Positions 36,837 through 47,060 of a stretch of DNA of 64,000 nt are shown here, piece after piece. The translations under genes were made by a program, and so were the position numbers. How positions within the stretch are numbered: position 1 is the stretch's first letter; each line of letters starts with the position of its first letter. The stretch is from positions 68,163 through 132,162 of the forward strand of contig DATIDG010000070.1 of assembly GCA_035456405.1 (NCBI GenBank). The letters are read 5' to 3'. A model generated the notes under the pieces. That model did no database searches. It had not been told where the DNA came from and saw only the letters and a list, made by a program, of their open reading frames with translations. This DNA comes from Burkholderiales bacterium. Lineage in GTDB: Bacteria > Pseudomonadota > Gammaproteobacteria > Burkholderiales > SG8-39.

Positions 36837-39800
36837 TCAGTCGAACGAGCGCCGGTAGGTGAAGCCGAAGCTCGACGTCGTCTGGCTCGTCTGCGCGTTC
36901 AGGCTCAGCGTGCGCGTGAGCGCGAAGGTGAGCCGAACGAGGTTCGCGGCGACGGTGATGCCCTGCTCGTACTCGACGTAGAGGCGGTCCGAGAGCCGTT
37001 TGCCGACCGCGACGACCTGCCCGCTGGCCGTGCCGCCCTGGGCGCCCCGCATGCTGATGTCGTCGAGCCCGATGCCCTCGATGATACGGCGGTGGACCGG
37101 CACCGCCTCGTCGGAACTGACGAGCTGCGATGCCGCCGCCTGCAGGAGCGCGAGGTCGGCGCTCGACGCGTCGGGCGAGGCGCGACCGAGCACGAGCCAC
37201 GACAGCTTCTCCGCGTCGGGCACGGGCGGACGCGAGGTGAGCCGCACCTGCGGCGCACGCGCCGTGCCGGTGACCTCCACGCCGGCTTCGACCGCCAGGT
37301 TCCTGCGCAGCGCCAGCACGTCGAGCGCCGGGTTGTCGATCGGGCCGTCGAACACGAGCCGCCCCCGCTCGATGTCGAGCTTCTGCCCGAACGCCCGGTA
37401 GGTGCCGGCCACCGTCTCGATCGACCCGCGAGCGACGATCGTCCCGTCGGGGCGCGACTGCACCAGCACCTTCCCGCGCAGGAAGGCGTCGAGCCCCTGG
37501 CCGACGACGCGGAAGCGCTGGCCCGGGTCGAGCGTCATGTCGACGTCGAGCGGGAGGGCCCGACGGCGCGCGCGCTCCGCCGGCTCGGTGCGCCCGACGA
37601 TCACCACGTCGTCGCCCAGCCGTCCCGCATCCTGCGCGGCGAACTCGATGTAGCCCTCGTCGGCGCGCAGCTCGCCGCGCAGCGCGAGCTTAGTCTGCGA
37701 CAGCGCCGCAGTGCCGGCGCCGGTCACCACCAGTCGCCGGTCGGGACGATTGAAGATGCGCAAGCCGTCCGCGCGCCAGGCGAGCTTTGCGCCTTCGCCG
37801 CCGGCCGCGAGCGTACCGCTCGCGGTCAGCTCGCCGTCCGGCCCGCGGATCGAGAGATCCTCGAGCACCAGCCGGTCGCCCTCGAGCTTGGCGCGCATCC
37901 GGCCGTCGCGAAGCGCAATCCCGTACTGCGGCACGTCGACCCTGATCGCGTCGGCAGTGGCGGTCCCGCCGAATGAGGGCGCCCCGAGCGTGCCGCCCAG
38001 CGCGAGATCGAGCGCGGCGCGGCCGTTGATGATCGCGTTGGTTCCCGCCATCTCGTCGAGTACCCGCAGCGTGGCGACGTCGGCTTTGAGCCGGCCGGAG
38101 AGCTGCGCGTCCCGCGCGAGCCCGGTCGTGCGGGCATCGAGCGCGATGACCCCGACGTTCGCGGCGTCCATGCTCCCGGTGGCGGTCACCGCATCGTCGA
38201 CGAACTTCGCCTCCACCGCGAGCCGCGCGAGCCCCAGCGCTAGCGCCGGGCTCGACGCGATCACGACGTCGCCGCGCTCGCGCTCGATGCGCGCGGTGCC
38301 GTTGATGCGCGGACTCATCTCGATCGACCATTCGCCGCGCACCCTGAGGTCGGTTCTGGGCTCGGGCTTCCATCCGGCCAGTGCGAGGAGCGGCGCGGCG
38401 GGCAGCGCGCGCAGGCTGCCTTCGGTGGCGAGGCGGCCGTTCTCCCACGCGAACCGCTGCACCGCCAGCTCGGCGTCGAAGCCGCGGAACGCCGCCGCCC
38501 CGAGCGCGACGCGGTCGCGGCCGATCTCGAATGGCGCCGGCGCCGCGAGCGCAAGCGCATAGTCCCCGCGGTTCTCGAGCCGGACGAGCGTGCCGCGCCA
38601 GGCGCGCGCCCCGTCCCATTCGCCTTCGAACCGCGCGGCCGCATCGACCCCCTGCGCCGTCACCGCGAGTTCGATCGGCCGGACTGCGCCCGCTTCGATC
38701 CCGCCCTTCGCGGCGAGCGTGTTCAACGGCGGCTGCTCCCCCCAGCGCAGCTTCTCGCCGCGCACATCGAAGTCGATCGCCGGGCGATCGACAGAGCCGG
38801 TGATGGTCGCCTGGCCCGAGAGCCGCCCGGCGGCGCGCGGGTCGAGCTGCGCGAGGTTGCGCGCGTCGACGTCGAGCGCAAGCGCATCGCCCGGCTGCCC
38901 GTACCTGCCTTTCGCGCCGAGGCGATTCGCGCCGAGCGTCGCGGTTGCGTCGGCGTTGCGCACGCCCCGCGGCGACGCGCTGAACACGCCGCTGCCGGCC
39001 AGGGGCACGTCGCGGAGCCGGCTGTCGGCGAGTGTGAAGCGAACGTCGGCGTGCCATGCCGGCTCCAGAGCGCCTCGGGCGGTGAAGTTCCCGTTCAGCG
39101 AGGCCGACGGGTAGTCACCGAACTCCGCCGGGTCGAGTCGTACGAACTTCGCACGCGCCTCGAACGGCTTCGCATCGGCGAGCGACACCGTGGCCTCGCC
39201 GTTCAGCTCCCCCCGACCCGCGGCGGCGCGCAGCCTCGGGATGCGCACGCGATCGCCTTCGCGCGACGCCGTCGCGGCGATCGCGATGCCCCGCTCGCGC
39301 AGGTCGACGTCGACGTGCTGCGCACCCTCGTCGAGCCGCGCGACGATCCTCCCGGCGAGCCGCGTCTGGCGCAGCGGCGCGTGCAGGCCGCGCAGGTTGA
39401 GCGCCTCGACGGCGAGATTCCAGCGGGTGCCTCTTGCGTCTACCTCGCCGTCGCCGCGCGCGCGTCCGGCCACGCCGAGATCGGCCGTGAGGTCGGTCAG
39501 CCGCAACACGGCTCCGTCGAACCCAAACCTGCTCGTTGCGCTCCTCACCGGCACGAGTCCGGACGTGACCGTCCCCGCTGCGGCGTTCTCGACCACAACG
39601 TTTCCCGAGTAGCCGCCGCTTTCGCCGCTCGCGGCGTCCAGCCGGAGCGTCGCCGCCGTCTTCGGCGCATCGGGCACGAAGGCCGCGAGGTCCACGTCGT
39701 GCGCGGTCGCGCGTGCGCGCGCGAGCCAGCGGTCCTCGAACGGAGCGAGCCCGAGCTCCCCCTCGATAGTCGCTGCGCCCACCCTGCCATCGATTCGCAC

Positions 39801-40454
39801 ATTCATCGAGACCAGGGTCCCGGCGAGGCCGGCCGTCGCGTCCACGGTCCAGGGTGGAGTAACACGCAGGAATCGCACGCCGCCCTCGATCGGAAACGGC
39901 TTCTCCGCGCCGAGCGTCGCCAGCCCGCTCGCGTCGCCCCACGGCGTGCGCGCACGCTCCAGCTCGAGGCGATGGCCCTGCGGCCCGGCGCGGTAAGCGC
40001 CCGCGACGTCGCGGAATTCGAACGTGTCCGCGCCGTCGACGAGCGCGATCGACGCGGTCGAGAAGCGATCGACCACGATCGCCAGCGGCACGCCGATCGA
40101 GTCGGGCGGCCCGGTCGACGGCGTCGGCAGGATCTCGACGCGGACCGACTGCGCCTCGAGCGAGCTCGCTTCGAGCCGCTCGCCGAGCAGGGCCCGCAGG
40201 CGCAGGTCGAGGGCGATCTCGGTGGCCGTCACGTGGATGTCCTCGTCGGCGTAGGTGACGCGCGCAGCGCGGATCGGACCGAGGAGCGAGCCGCGCGGCG
40301 ATTCGATCCGCAGCCGGCCGCCGGTGACGCCTTCGAGCCGGGCCATCACCCAGGCGAGCGCGGTCTCCGACCGCGCCGCCCACCATGCGCCGCCAGCGAG
40401 CGCGCAGAGCAGCGCCGCCAGGAGGACGAGCGAGACAAGCAGGCCGCGCCGCAT
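36837..40454 (-). CDS. tamB: Translocation and assembly module subunit TamB (AsmA-like clan, DUF490 C-terminus)
   Basis: 1205 aa from ATG 40454 with signal-anchor MRRGLLVSLVLLAALLCALAGG. There is a 1-nt overlap with the tamA stop. It has long beta-rich repeats and a C-terminal DUF490-like tail. Confidence 0.88.
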   Translation of the reverse strand: MRRGLLVSLVLLAALLCALAGGAWWAARSETALAWVMARLEGVTGGRLRIESPRGSLLGPIRAARVTYADEDIHVTATEIALDLRLRALLGERLEASSLEAQSVRVEILPTPSTGPPDSIGVPLAIVVDRFSTASIALVDGADTFEFRDVAGAYRAGPQGHRLELERARTPWGDASGLATLGAEKPFPIEGGVRFLRVTPPWTVDATAGLAGTLVSMNVRIDGRVGAATIEGELGLAPFEDRWLARARATAHDVDLAAFVPDAPKTAATLRLDAASGESGGYSGNVVVENAAAGTVTSGLVPVRSATSRFGFDGAVLRLTDLTADLGVAGRARGDGEVDARGTRWNLAVEALNLRGLHAPLRQTRLAGRIVARLDEGAQHVDVDLRERGIAIAATASREGDRVRIPRLRAAAGRGELNGEATVSLADAKPFEARAKFVRLDPAEFGDYPSASLNGNFTARGALEPAWHADVRFTLADSRLRDVPLAGSGVFSASPRGVRNADATATLGANRLGAKGRYGQPGDALALDVDARNLAQLDPRAAGRLSGQATITGSVDRPAIDFDVRGEKLRWGEQPPLNTLAAKGGIEAGAVRPIELAVTAQGVDAAARFEGEWDGARAWRGTLVRLENRGDYALALAAPAPFEIGRDRVALGAAAFRGFDAELAVQRFAWENGRLATEGSLRALPAAPLLALAGWKPEPRTDLRVRGEWSIEMSPRINGTARIERERGDVVIASSPALALGLARLAVEAKFVDDAVTATGSMDAANVGVIALDARTTGLARDAQLSGRLKADVATLRVLDEMAGTNAIINGRAALDLALGGTLGAPSFGGTATADAIRVDVPQYGIALRDGRMRAKLEGDRLVLEDLSIRGPDGELTASGTLAAGGEGAKLAWRADGLRIFNRPDRRLVVTGAGTAALSQTKLALRGELRADEGYIEFAAQDAGRLGDDVVIVGRTEPAERARRRALPLDVDMTLDPGQRFRVVGQGLDAFLRGKVLVQSRPDGTIVARGSIETVAGTYRAFGQKLDIERGRLVFDGPIDNPALDVLALRRNLAVEAGVEVTGTARAPQVRLTSRPPVPDAEKLSWLVLGRASPDASSADLALLQAAASQLVSSDEAVPVHRRIIEGIGLDDISMRGAQGGTASGQVVAVGKRLSDRLYVEYEQGITVAANLVRLTFALTRTLSLNAQTSQTTSSFGFTYRRSFD

Positions 40455-42229
40455 CAGAACGTGAGCCCCACCGAGAAGTGCAGCCGCACCTTGCCGTCTT
40501 CCTCGCCATACGCGACGTCGAGGCGGAACGGGCCGATCGGGCTCTGCGCGCGCACGCCGACGCCGTAGCCGAGCGCGAAGCGGAAACCGGAGATCTCGTC
40601 GGCGGCGTTGCCCGCGTCGATGAACGCCGCCAGGCCGATCCCGTCCCAGATCCAGCGCGTGTACTCGCCGCTCACGATCGCCAGGTAGCGCCCGCCGACG
40701 ACCGCCTCTCCCCGCGTGACGCCCAGGGACTCGAAGTTGTAGCCGCGCACCGTCGTCGCGCCGCCGGTGCGGAACAGCAGCGACTCCGGGATGCCGTCCC
40801 GCGACGAGGCAAGCACCGCACCGGCCTCGGCGCGGAACGAGAGCTCGTTCGCGGTGCCGAACGGCACGAACCACGCGAGCCGCCCGATGACGCGGCCGAA
40901 CCCCTTCGTTGAGACGCCTGGGACTCCGCCGCCGAGCTCGCTCTGCACGACCAGGCCCCGCCGCGGCGAGAGCAGGTTGTCGGTCGTGCGCCAAGTGTGC
41001 ACGTAGTCGAGGAACGTCGCATACACGTCCTCGGGCGGGAAGCCCGACGGCGTCTGCCGCGAGGCGATGTATGCGGCGCCGAACGCAGGCCGCGAGCGCT
41101 CGTCGACCGCGGTGGTCCGTACCCCGATACGCCACTCGTCGGTCGCGAGGTTCTCGATGTCGGTGCTGCGCCACCGCACCCCGACCGTGTCGGCCCAGCC
41201 GCTCGGGCGCTCGGGCAGGTCGACGGCGGCCTCGGCCGACTGCTGGACCGTCTCGAGGTTGGCGTTGAGACGCAGCCGCCAGTCGCGCGCGAACAAGTCG
41301 TTGTTCCGCCAGTCCGCGCCGCCGCGGAATTTCGTGTCGGTGCTGTAGCCGAGACTGAGCTCGAGGCGGCGCCGCGCCCCTTCGATGACGCTCACGCGCA
41401 CCGGCACTGCGCCGCCTTCGGCCGCCGTCGGATCGACTTCGACCTGCACGCTGGCGAAATACCCGGTCGCCACCAGGCGGCGCTGGAAACGCTCCAGCTT
41501 CTCGCGGTCGTACGGCTCGCCCGGTGCGAACGTCCAGAGATTGCTTACGCGCGCCTCGTCGTGGCGCGCCGTGCCGGTGATTCGCAGCGTGCCGAAGCGC
41601 AGGGCCGGGCCGCTGTCGATCGTGACCGCGAGCGTCGCCGTGCGCAGCTCCGGATCGATCCGCGCTTCGCTCGCCGCGATCCGCGCCCCGGCGTAGAGGC
41701 GCTCCGAAACGATCTCCACCGCGCGCCGCTTCGTCCGGTCCCAGTCGACCTGCGTGAACACCGCGCCGACGGGCAGCAGCCAATCCTCGCGGGCGCGCGC
41801 GAGCATCGCGTCCTCCTGCGCCCGGTCGCCGGCGATCGCGCCGGTGAGGCGGATGTCGACGCCAGTCACGCGCGTCGGCTCGCCCGGCTCGACTGCGAGC
41901 CGCACGACCTGCGGCTCGGTCCCGGTGTCGAGCGTCGCGCTCACCTTCGGGGAGAAGTAGCCGTTGGCCGCGAGGATGTCGCGCGCTTCGGTCTCGGCTT
42001 CGGTCATGAGGCGACGGAGCAGCTCGGGCGTCATCGTCTCGTAGCCCTGCCAGCGATGGAGGTCGAGACCGGCGCGCAGCGGCTCACGAAGCGGAAGCGG
42101 CGCGTCGATCTCGACGCGGTACTTCACGTACTGCGCCGGCGTCTGCGCCCACGCCGGCACGGCGAGCGCGAGAAAGAGGACGACGACGGTCGCCCAGTGA
42201 GACGGGAAGCGATGGCGCGCGAACGGCAA
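40454..42229 (-). CDS. tamA: Outer-membrane Omp85-family protein TamA
   Basis: 591 aa with signal peptide ...AVPAWA, POTRA-like repeats and a C-terminal beta-barrel ending HFSVGLTF. Confidence 0.9.
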   Translation of the reverse strand: MPFARHRFPSHWATVVVLFLALAVPAWAQTPAQYVKYRVEIDAPLPLREPLRAGLDLHRWQGYETMTPELLRRLMTEAETEARDILAANGYFSPKVSATLDTGTEPQVVRLAVEPGEPTRVTGVDIRLTGAIAGDRAQEDAMLARAREDWLLPVGAVFTQVDWDRTKRRAVEIVSERLYAGARIAASEARIDPELRTATLAVTIDSGPALRFGTLRITGTARHDEARVSNLWTFAPGEPYDREKLERFQRRLVATGYFASVQVEVDPTAAEGGAVPVRVSVIEGARRRLELSLGYSTDTKFRGGADWRNNDLFARDWRLRLNANLETVQQSAEAAVDLPERPSGWADTVGVRWRSTDIENLATDEWRIGVRTTAVDERSRPAFGAAYIASRQTPSGFPPEDVYATFLDYVHTWRTTDNLLSPRRGLVVQSELGGGVPGVSTKGFGRVIGRLAWFVPFGTANELSFRAEAGAVLASSRDGIPESLLFRTGGATTVRGYNFESLGVTRGEAVVGGRYLAIVSGEYTRWIWDGIGLAAFIDAGNAADEISGFRFALGYGVGVRAQSPIGPFRLDVAYGEEDGKVRLHFSVGLTF

Positions 42230-42448
42230 CTCGATCGGCTCGAAGGGGAAACACGCCGTGCGCGGGAGTCGGGTGCGCCGGCGATGCGAAAAGTCCGAGG
42301 TGCCATTCTACTGGGCGGGGTGAGCGCGTCGCGGGCGGCACGCTGCGCGCGGCCGGAGACGTGCCCCTGACGGGCTAAGCCGGGAAGCGGATTGCCCTAT
42401 GGAGCGAATCGGCTATATCTGGACGCAATCGTCCCGGAGATATCCCGA

Positions 42449-43132
42449 ATGCCCGAGCAACTCATCGACCTGCCTCAGTGGGCCCAGTGGCTGGTTACTT
42501 ACAAGGAAGCCCTTCGACCTTTGTCTTGGGTCGTCGCGTCGTTCGGTGGCGTGTTCGCGGCCCTCATGGCAGTGCGCCAGCTGCGCGAAACGAGATTGTG
42601 GAAGAAGACCGAGCTCGCCAAAGACGTTCTCGACGAAATCTGGAAGAACGACGAATGCACGGTCGCGATGGCCCTCGTCGATTGGACCAACCGCCCATTC
42701 GTCCTGCCATCTGACGACCGACGCGTGCGCATCAAGCGAGAAGAAGTACTGCGCGCCCTGCGTACGGACGAGAAGGACCTGGCGTTTACTGCGAAGGAAG
42801 TATTCATTCGCGACTGCTTCGACAGTCTCCTGGATGCGTTGCAGAGACTCGAGCACTACATCGAAATCGGTCTGATCGAGTTCGAGGACGTTCAGTTCCC
42901 GCTGGAATACACCGTCGCCGAGTTGAGTGGCATGCGGAGCGTCATCGACCGCTACATCGAAGACTATGGGTTTCGGTACGCCGACCGTTTCCTGAATCGC
43001 TATGATTTCTGGGTGCAAAGGGAGAATCATGGACGTTCGCCCTGCGAGCAGCTAGACGATGTCGCGGACCCATCCCCTCGCCTCCGCGTCCGACACGTCC
43101 GTGCGGCAAACAAGATTGGCGCGGCCTGTTAG
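42449..43132 (+). CDS. Orphan hypothetical protein with one N-terminal TM helix on an island that looks low in G+C
   Basis: 227 aa from ATG 42449 with TM WVVASFGGVFAALMAV followed by a charged helical domain. It is rich in A/T-ending codons, unlike the flanks. It may be DUF4760-like, a weak assignment from memory. Confidence 0.55.
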   Translation: MPEQLIDLPQWAQWLVTYKEALRPLSWVVASFGGVFAALMAVRQLRETRLWKKTELAKDVLDEIWKNDECTVAMALVDWTNRPFVLPSDDRRVRIKREEVLRALRTDEKDLAFTAKEVFIRDCFDSLLDALQRLEHYIEIGLIEFEDVQFPLEYTVAELSGMRSVIDRYIEDYGFRYADRFLNRYDFWVQRENHGRSPCEQLDDVADPSPRLRVRHVRAANKIGAAC

Positions 43133-43169
43133 CGTGCCCGTCCCATCGCCCGCGCCTTGCCCTTGGGCC

Positions 43170-46100
43170 TCACCGCCTCGGCTGCCCCACCGCCCGCATC
43201 GGATCGGTGCACACGTCCGTGCCGTCGCGCGGGATCGGGCCGCGAAACAGCGTCTCGAGCGGCACGACGATGACCGACCCGAAGAATCGCGCGATCGTCG
43301 CCAGCACGTCGCCCGGGCTCACGCCGATGTTGAAGTCGCTGACCGTGCCGGTGACCCGGACCGGCGTCTCGAGGCTGAAGAACTGCAGGTCCTTCGCGCG
43401 CGGCTGGAAGCGGAAATCGATCGCCTCGGTGCCGAAATCCAGGCCGCCCGCGCCGAGCACCCGCATGCGGCTGGTGTCGATCAGCAGCACGTCGCGCGAA
43501 AGCACGCCTGCCCGGATGTCGAAACGGCCCACGGCGCAGTTGACCTGCGACTGGGCGCGGCGATCGAGGACGGGCAGCAGCTCGCGGAAGAGATTCACGA
43601 CCCACAGGTCGATCTGGCCGGCGCCCAGGTTCCGCGGCCACACGGCGACGTCGATCCGTCCGTCGGCGTGCGCCATGATCGCGTTGAGCGCGGGCGTCTT
43701 CGACGACAGCTCCAGGTTCAGGCTGAACAGTCCCTCCATGTCGCTGTCCGGGCGCAGGCGGCGCGCGATGATGCCGTATTCGAAGCGCTCGATGTAGGCG
43801 CCGGCGGCGAACTTGATCAGCTGCTCCCTCGGATCGTAGGCAAGCGACATCCGCAAGGTGCCGCCGGGCAGGTTGACCTCGGCGGGGCCGAGATAGAGCT
43901 GCCCCTCGACGAGCTGGGCGCGGAGCGTCCCGTCGCCGAGCCGATCGGCGCCCGACAGCACCTGCCGCACCGTCACGTCGACGTACGCGTCGAAGCGGCG
44001 CAGGAACCCGGCGCTCAGCAGCTGCTGCGTCTGCGACGCCGCGCCCCTGGCGGTGTCCCGCAGCGCGTCCACGTTCGTCGGCAGGACCGCCGCGGCGGTC
44101 CGGCGCTCGGCAAGCGGGAAGTCGTCGAGCTGGATGCGCGGGGCGGTGACGCGCATGTCGAGGCGCGGACGCGCGCCGGCAACGTCGAGCGTGCCGCGCC
44201 CGTTCAGCCGGCTCTCGCCGACCCGCAGGGCGAGGCGGCGCACTTCGTAGCCGGTCGGCGTCATGGCGAAGGGCCCGCGGATCGACCAGGGCCCCCAGGC
44301 CGGCAGCTCGGCGCGCGCGAGCGCGCTCAGCGAGTCTAGCCGGTCGCCGGCAATCTCGAGCGTGAGCTGTCCCCCGCTGCCGAGCGGCAGCGCCGCCTCG
44401 CCCTCGAGCGCAAGCCGCGCACCGGCGCCCCTGGCCTCGACCGAGAACGGCACCTTCGTCGCGTCGCGCGCAAAGTCGGCAAGCGTGCCGCTCCAGATCA
44501 GGATCTCGAGCGACGTGTCGTCGAGCGCGCCGTCGAGCCGCGCGGCGATGCGTTTGCCCGGGGGTGCGGCCACGACCGCCTCTTTCAGCCGGATCCGTGG
44601 CAGCTGCGCCTTCGACGGGCCTTGCACGGTCAGGTCACCGCCGAGCAGGCGCGCCTCGAACGACGAGCGCTCGGCGAGGTCGCGCAGCCGGCTACCGCGT
44701 CCCACCAGCTCCACCTGCAGCGCGTCGGCGTGCGCCTCGACATCTTCGGCGACGCCGAGCCTGCGCAGCAGCGCACCGACGTCGACCTTGCCGGTCGACA
44801 TCGCGAGCGAGGCCTCGGGCACGTCGCGGCGCAGATCGAGACCGACCAGCCCCTCGAACGGCACGCCGGCAATCCGTGCACCAAACGGCGAGGGTGGCAG
44901 ATGGCCGTCGCGTATCCGCGCCCCGAAGCCGAGCTCGACGATCTCGGCGCGACCGAGCACGACGCGATCGAGGCCGAGACCGATGTCGGCATCGGCAAGC
45001 GCGATGCCGTAAGGCAGGATCGGTACGTCGATCGAAGCGTCGCCTGGGCGCGCGGGCGTGGCGGACGGCTTCGCGCGCAGCGTCTCGAGCTGGGGAACGT
45101 CGATGAGCGGGCTGCGCACCGCGGCGACGACGATCGGCTTGCCGCCGACGACGGTGCGGTGCGCATCGACCGTCAGCTCGCTGCGGCCCAGCATCAGCGT
45201 CGTCTCGTCGAGATGCCACTCGTCACGCCGCAAGCGCGCTCGGCCACCGAGCGCGACCGGGACGTTCGAGTCGGGCGCGACGCCCAGCCAGCTCGCGAGG
45301 TCGCCCGAGCGCCGCGCGTCGAGCCGGAACGCGAGATCGGTGCCGCGCTCGCTCCCGGGCCGCGCAAGCGTGCCGGTGATGCGCGCCGTTGCGCCGGCCG
45401 CGACGAGCTCGGCCTCGATCGGCGTGGCCAGCTCGCGCGCGATGCGCGGCAGGTCGCCGCCGCGGAGCGCTAGCGTTGCGCGGCTGCCGAGCAGCGTGCC
45501 GCGCCCCGAGCCGCGCAGGCGCTGCCCGCGCGGAATCGCGACTTCGAGCGCGTCGAGCGTGAAGGCGACCGGCCGGCCGCCCGCCACGTTGCCGTAGCTC
45601 AGCCGCGCGGCCGCCACCGCGAGCCGCACCTCGAGGTCGCGCACCACCGCGCCTAGCGTTTCGCCGCGACCGTCGAGCCGCAGGTTGAAGCTGCCGAGCC
45701 TGCCGTCGACGCCTACGGCGCCGGTGAAGAGGCGCCCGAGGTCGCCCAGCGGCGAATTCCTCGCGCCGAGCTCGATTGCGAGCGTCGGCGTCGCCGGTGC
45801 GGCGTCGAGGTCGAGCCGCCCGGTAAGCGGCACGCCTGCGATCGTCGCCACCACCGGTGCGCGCACGCCGCGCTCGTCCGCATGCAGCTCGAGGCGGGCG
45901 TCGCGGGCATCGCCGATCAGTCCGATCCAGCGCCCGACGCGCAGGACGAGATCGGCGTCGACCGGGACCAGGTCGCGCAGCGGCAGCATCTGCCGCGCCA
46001 GCTCGTCGTACCCGAGCGGCTCGTCGCGCTCGCGCCGATCGACGTCGAGGAACGGGCGCAGATCCAGCGTGGCGACAGTCAGCTCGCCGGTGACTCGCCG

Positions 46101-47060
46101 CCGCGCGCCGCCCAGCGCGAGGGCGAGCGCGCCGTCGAATTCCGACGCGCCGAGAACGCCGTGCAGGTCCTTGAGCTCGACCGCGTCGACGCGCGCCACC
46201 ACCTTCCCCGTGAGCGCGGCGACGCCGAACTTCGGCAGCTTGTCCTCCAGAAAGCGCTCGACCTGCTCGAGGTCCTCGGTGCCGGCCCCGAAGTCGAACG
46301 TGGCCGTTGCGCTCCCGGCGTCGACCGTCCCTGCCGCGTGCAGCCGCGTGCCGAGGAACTCGAAGTCGAGCGTGAACGGCCACGGCTCGCCTGCCTCCTG
46401 GAGCAGCCGCGCGGAGCCGCCCTCGATCGCGATGGTGTACGGGAACGACCGGTCCACGCGGCCGCGCAGCGTGAGCTTCAGCGGCTCGCTCCACTTGCCC
46501 ACCCCGGCCAGCTCGTCGAGATAGAAGGAGTGGCGCGTGGCCGAGCGCCGGTCGCGGTACGTGACCGCGAAGTTGCGAATCGACGTTGTTTCGACCTCGA
46601 TTGCCACCGACGGCAACGCAGCGCCCGTTTGCGCCTCCCGTGCGGCCGGCGCTCCGGTCGCGGGCGCCCAGTTCGCGCGGCCATCCGCCGCGCGCTCGAG
46701 GCGCAGGCGGCCGTCGGCGGCCTCGAAACTGCGCACCTGCAGCCGGCCCCGCAGCGCTTCCAACAGGTCGATACGCGCGCGGGCGTCGCCGAGCGTGGCG
46801 AGCTCGGGCGCCGAGAATCCGGGCGGGTTAAGGATGCGCACACCGCCGATGCGCAGCGTCGCCTCGCGTCCGACAACGACCTCGATCGGTCCGTCGAGCG
46901 TCACCGGACGGCCGAGCGACGCGGTCGTGCGCGCGGCGATCGCGTCGCGCCAGTGCGAGGCGTCGATCGACATCCCGAAGCTCACTATCGCGAGCAGGGC
47001 GGCAAGCGGCAGGACGACGAGCGCCCCCGCGGCCGCCAGCAGCAGGCGCCGGATCGTCAT
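43170..47060 (-). CDS. AsmA family outer-membrane biogenesis / lipid-transport protein
   Basis: 1296 aa from ATG 47060 with signal-anchor MTIRRLLLAAAGALVVLPLAALLAIV. It has an AsmA-like N-terminus (GRPVTLDGPIEV...) and a long beta-rich body. ATGA overlap with the VanZ gene. Confidence 0.85.
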   Translation of the reverse strand: MTIRRLLLAAAGALVVLPLAALLAIVSFGMSIDASHWRDAIAARTTASLGRPVTLDGPIEVVVGREATLRIGGVRILNPPGFSAPELATLGDARARIDLLEALRGRLQVRSFEAADGRLRLERAADGRANWAPATGAPAAREAQTGAALPSVAIEVETTSIRNFAVTYRDRRSATRHSFYLDELAGVGKWSEPLKLTLRGRVDRSFPYTIAIEGGSARLLQEAGEPWPFTLDFEFLGTRLHAAGTVDAGSATATFDFGAGTEDLEQVERFLEDKLPKFGVAALTGKVVARVDAVELKDLHGVLGASEFDGALALALGGARRRVTGELTVATLDLRPFLDVDRRERDEPLGYDELARQMLPLRDLVPVDADLVLRVGRWIGLIGDARDARLELHADERGVRAPVVATIAGVPLTGRLDLDAAPATPTLAIELGARNSPLGDLGRLFTGAVGVDGRLGSFNLRLDGRGETLGAVVRDLEVRLAVAAARLSYGNVAGGRPVAFTLDALEVAIPRGQRLRGSGRGTLLGSRATLALRGGDLPRIARELATPIEAELVAAGATARITGTLARPGSERGTDLAFRLDARRSGDLASWLGVAPDSNVPVALGGRARLRRDEWHLDETTLMLGRSELTVDAHRTVVGGKPIVVAAVRSPLIDVPQLETLRAKPSATPARPGDASIDVPILPYGIALADADIGLGLDRVVLGRAEIVELGFGARIRDGHLPPSPFGARIAGVPFEGLVGLDLRRDVPEASLAMSTGKVDVGALLRRLGVAEDVEAHADALQVELVGRGSRLRDLAERSSFEARLLGGDLTVQGPSKAQLPRIRLKEAVVAAPPGKRIAARLDGALDDTSLEILIWSGTLADFARDATKVPFSVEARGAGARLALEGEAALPLGSGGQLTLEIAGDRLDSLSALARAELPAWGPWSIRGPFAMTPTGYEVRRLALRVGESRLNGRGTLDVAGARPRLDMRVTAPRIQLDDFPLAERRTAAAVLPTNVDALRDTARGAASQTQQLLSAGFLRRFDAYVDVTVRQVLSGADRLGDGTLRAQLVEGQLYLGPAEVNLPGGTLRMSLAYDPREQLIKFAAGAYIERFEYGIIARRLRPDSDMEGLFSLNLELSSKTPALNAIMAHADGRIDVAVWPRNLGAGQIDLWVVNLFRELLPVLDRRAQSQVNCAVGRFDIRAGVLSRDVLLIDTSRMRVLGAGGLDFGTEAIDFRFQPRAKDLQFFSLETPVRVTGTVSDFNIGVSPGDVLATIARFFGSVIVVPLETLFRGPIPRDGTDVCTDPMRAVGQPRR

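Noticed and set aside
40455-41783. An N-terminal ~440-aa extension of the tamB ORF (tracked 36837..41783). Similar extensions occur on the AsmA ORF (to 47633), the VanZ ORF (to 48346), the ABC ATPase ORF (to 34465) and the META ORF (to 29311).
   Set aside because: The extensions run through the upstream genes in other frames and are RG-rich. The internal starts give signal-anchor or signal-peptide N-termini and 1-4-nt stop/start overlaps typical of coupled genes.
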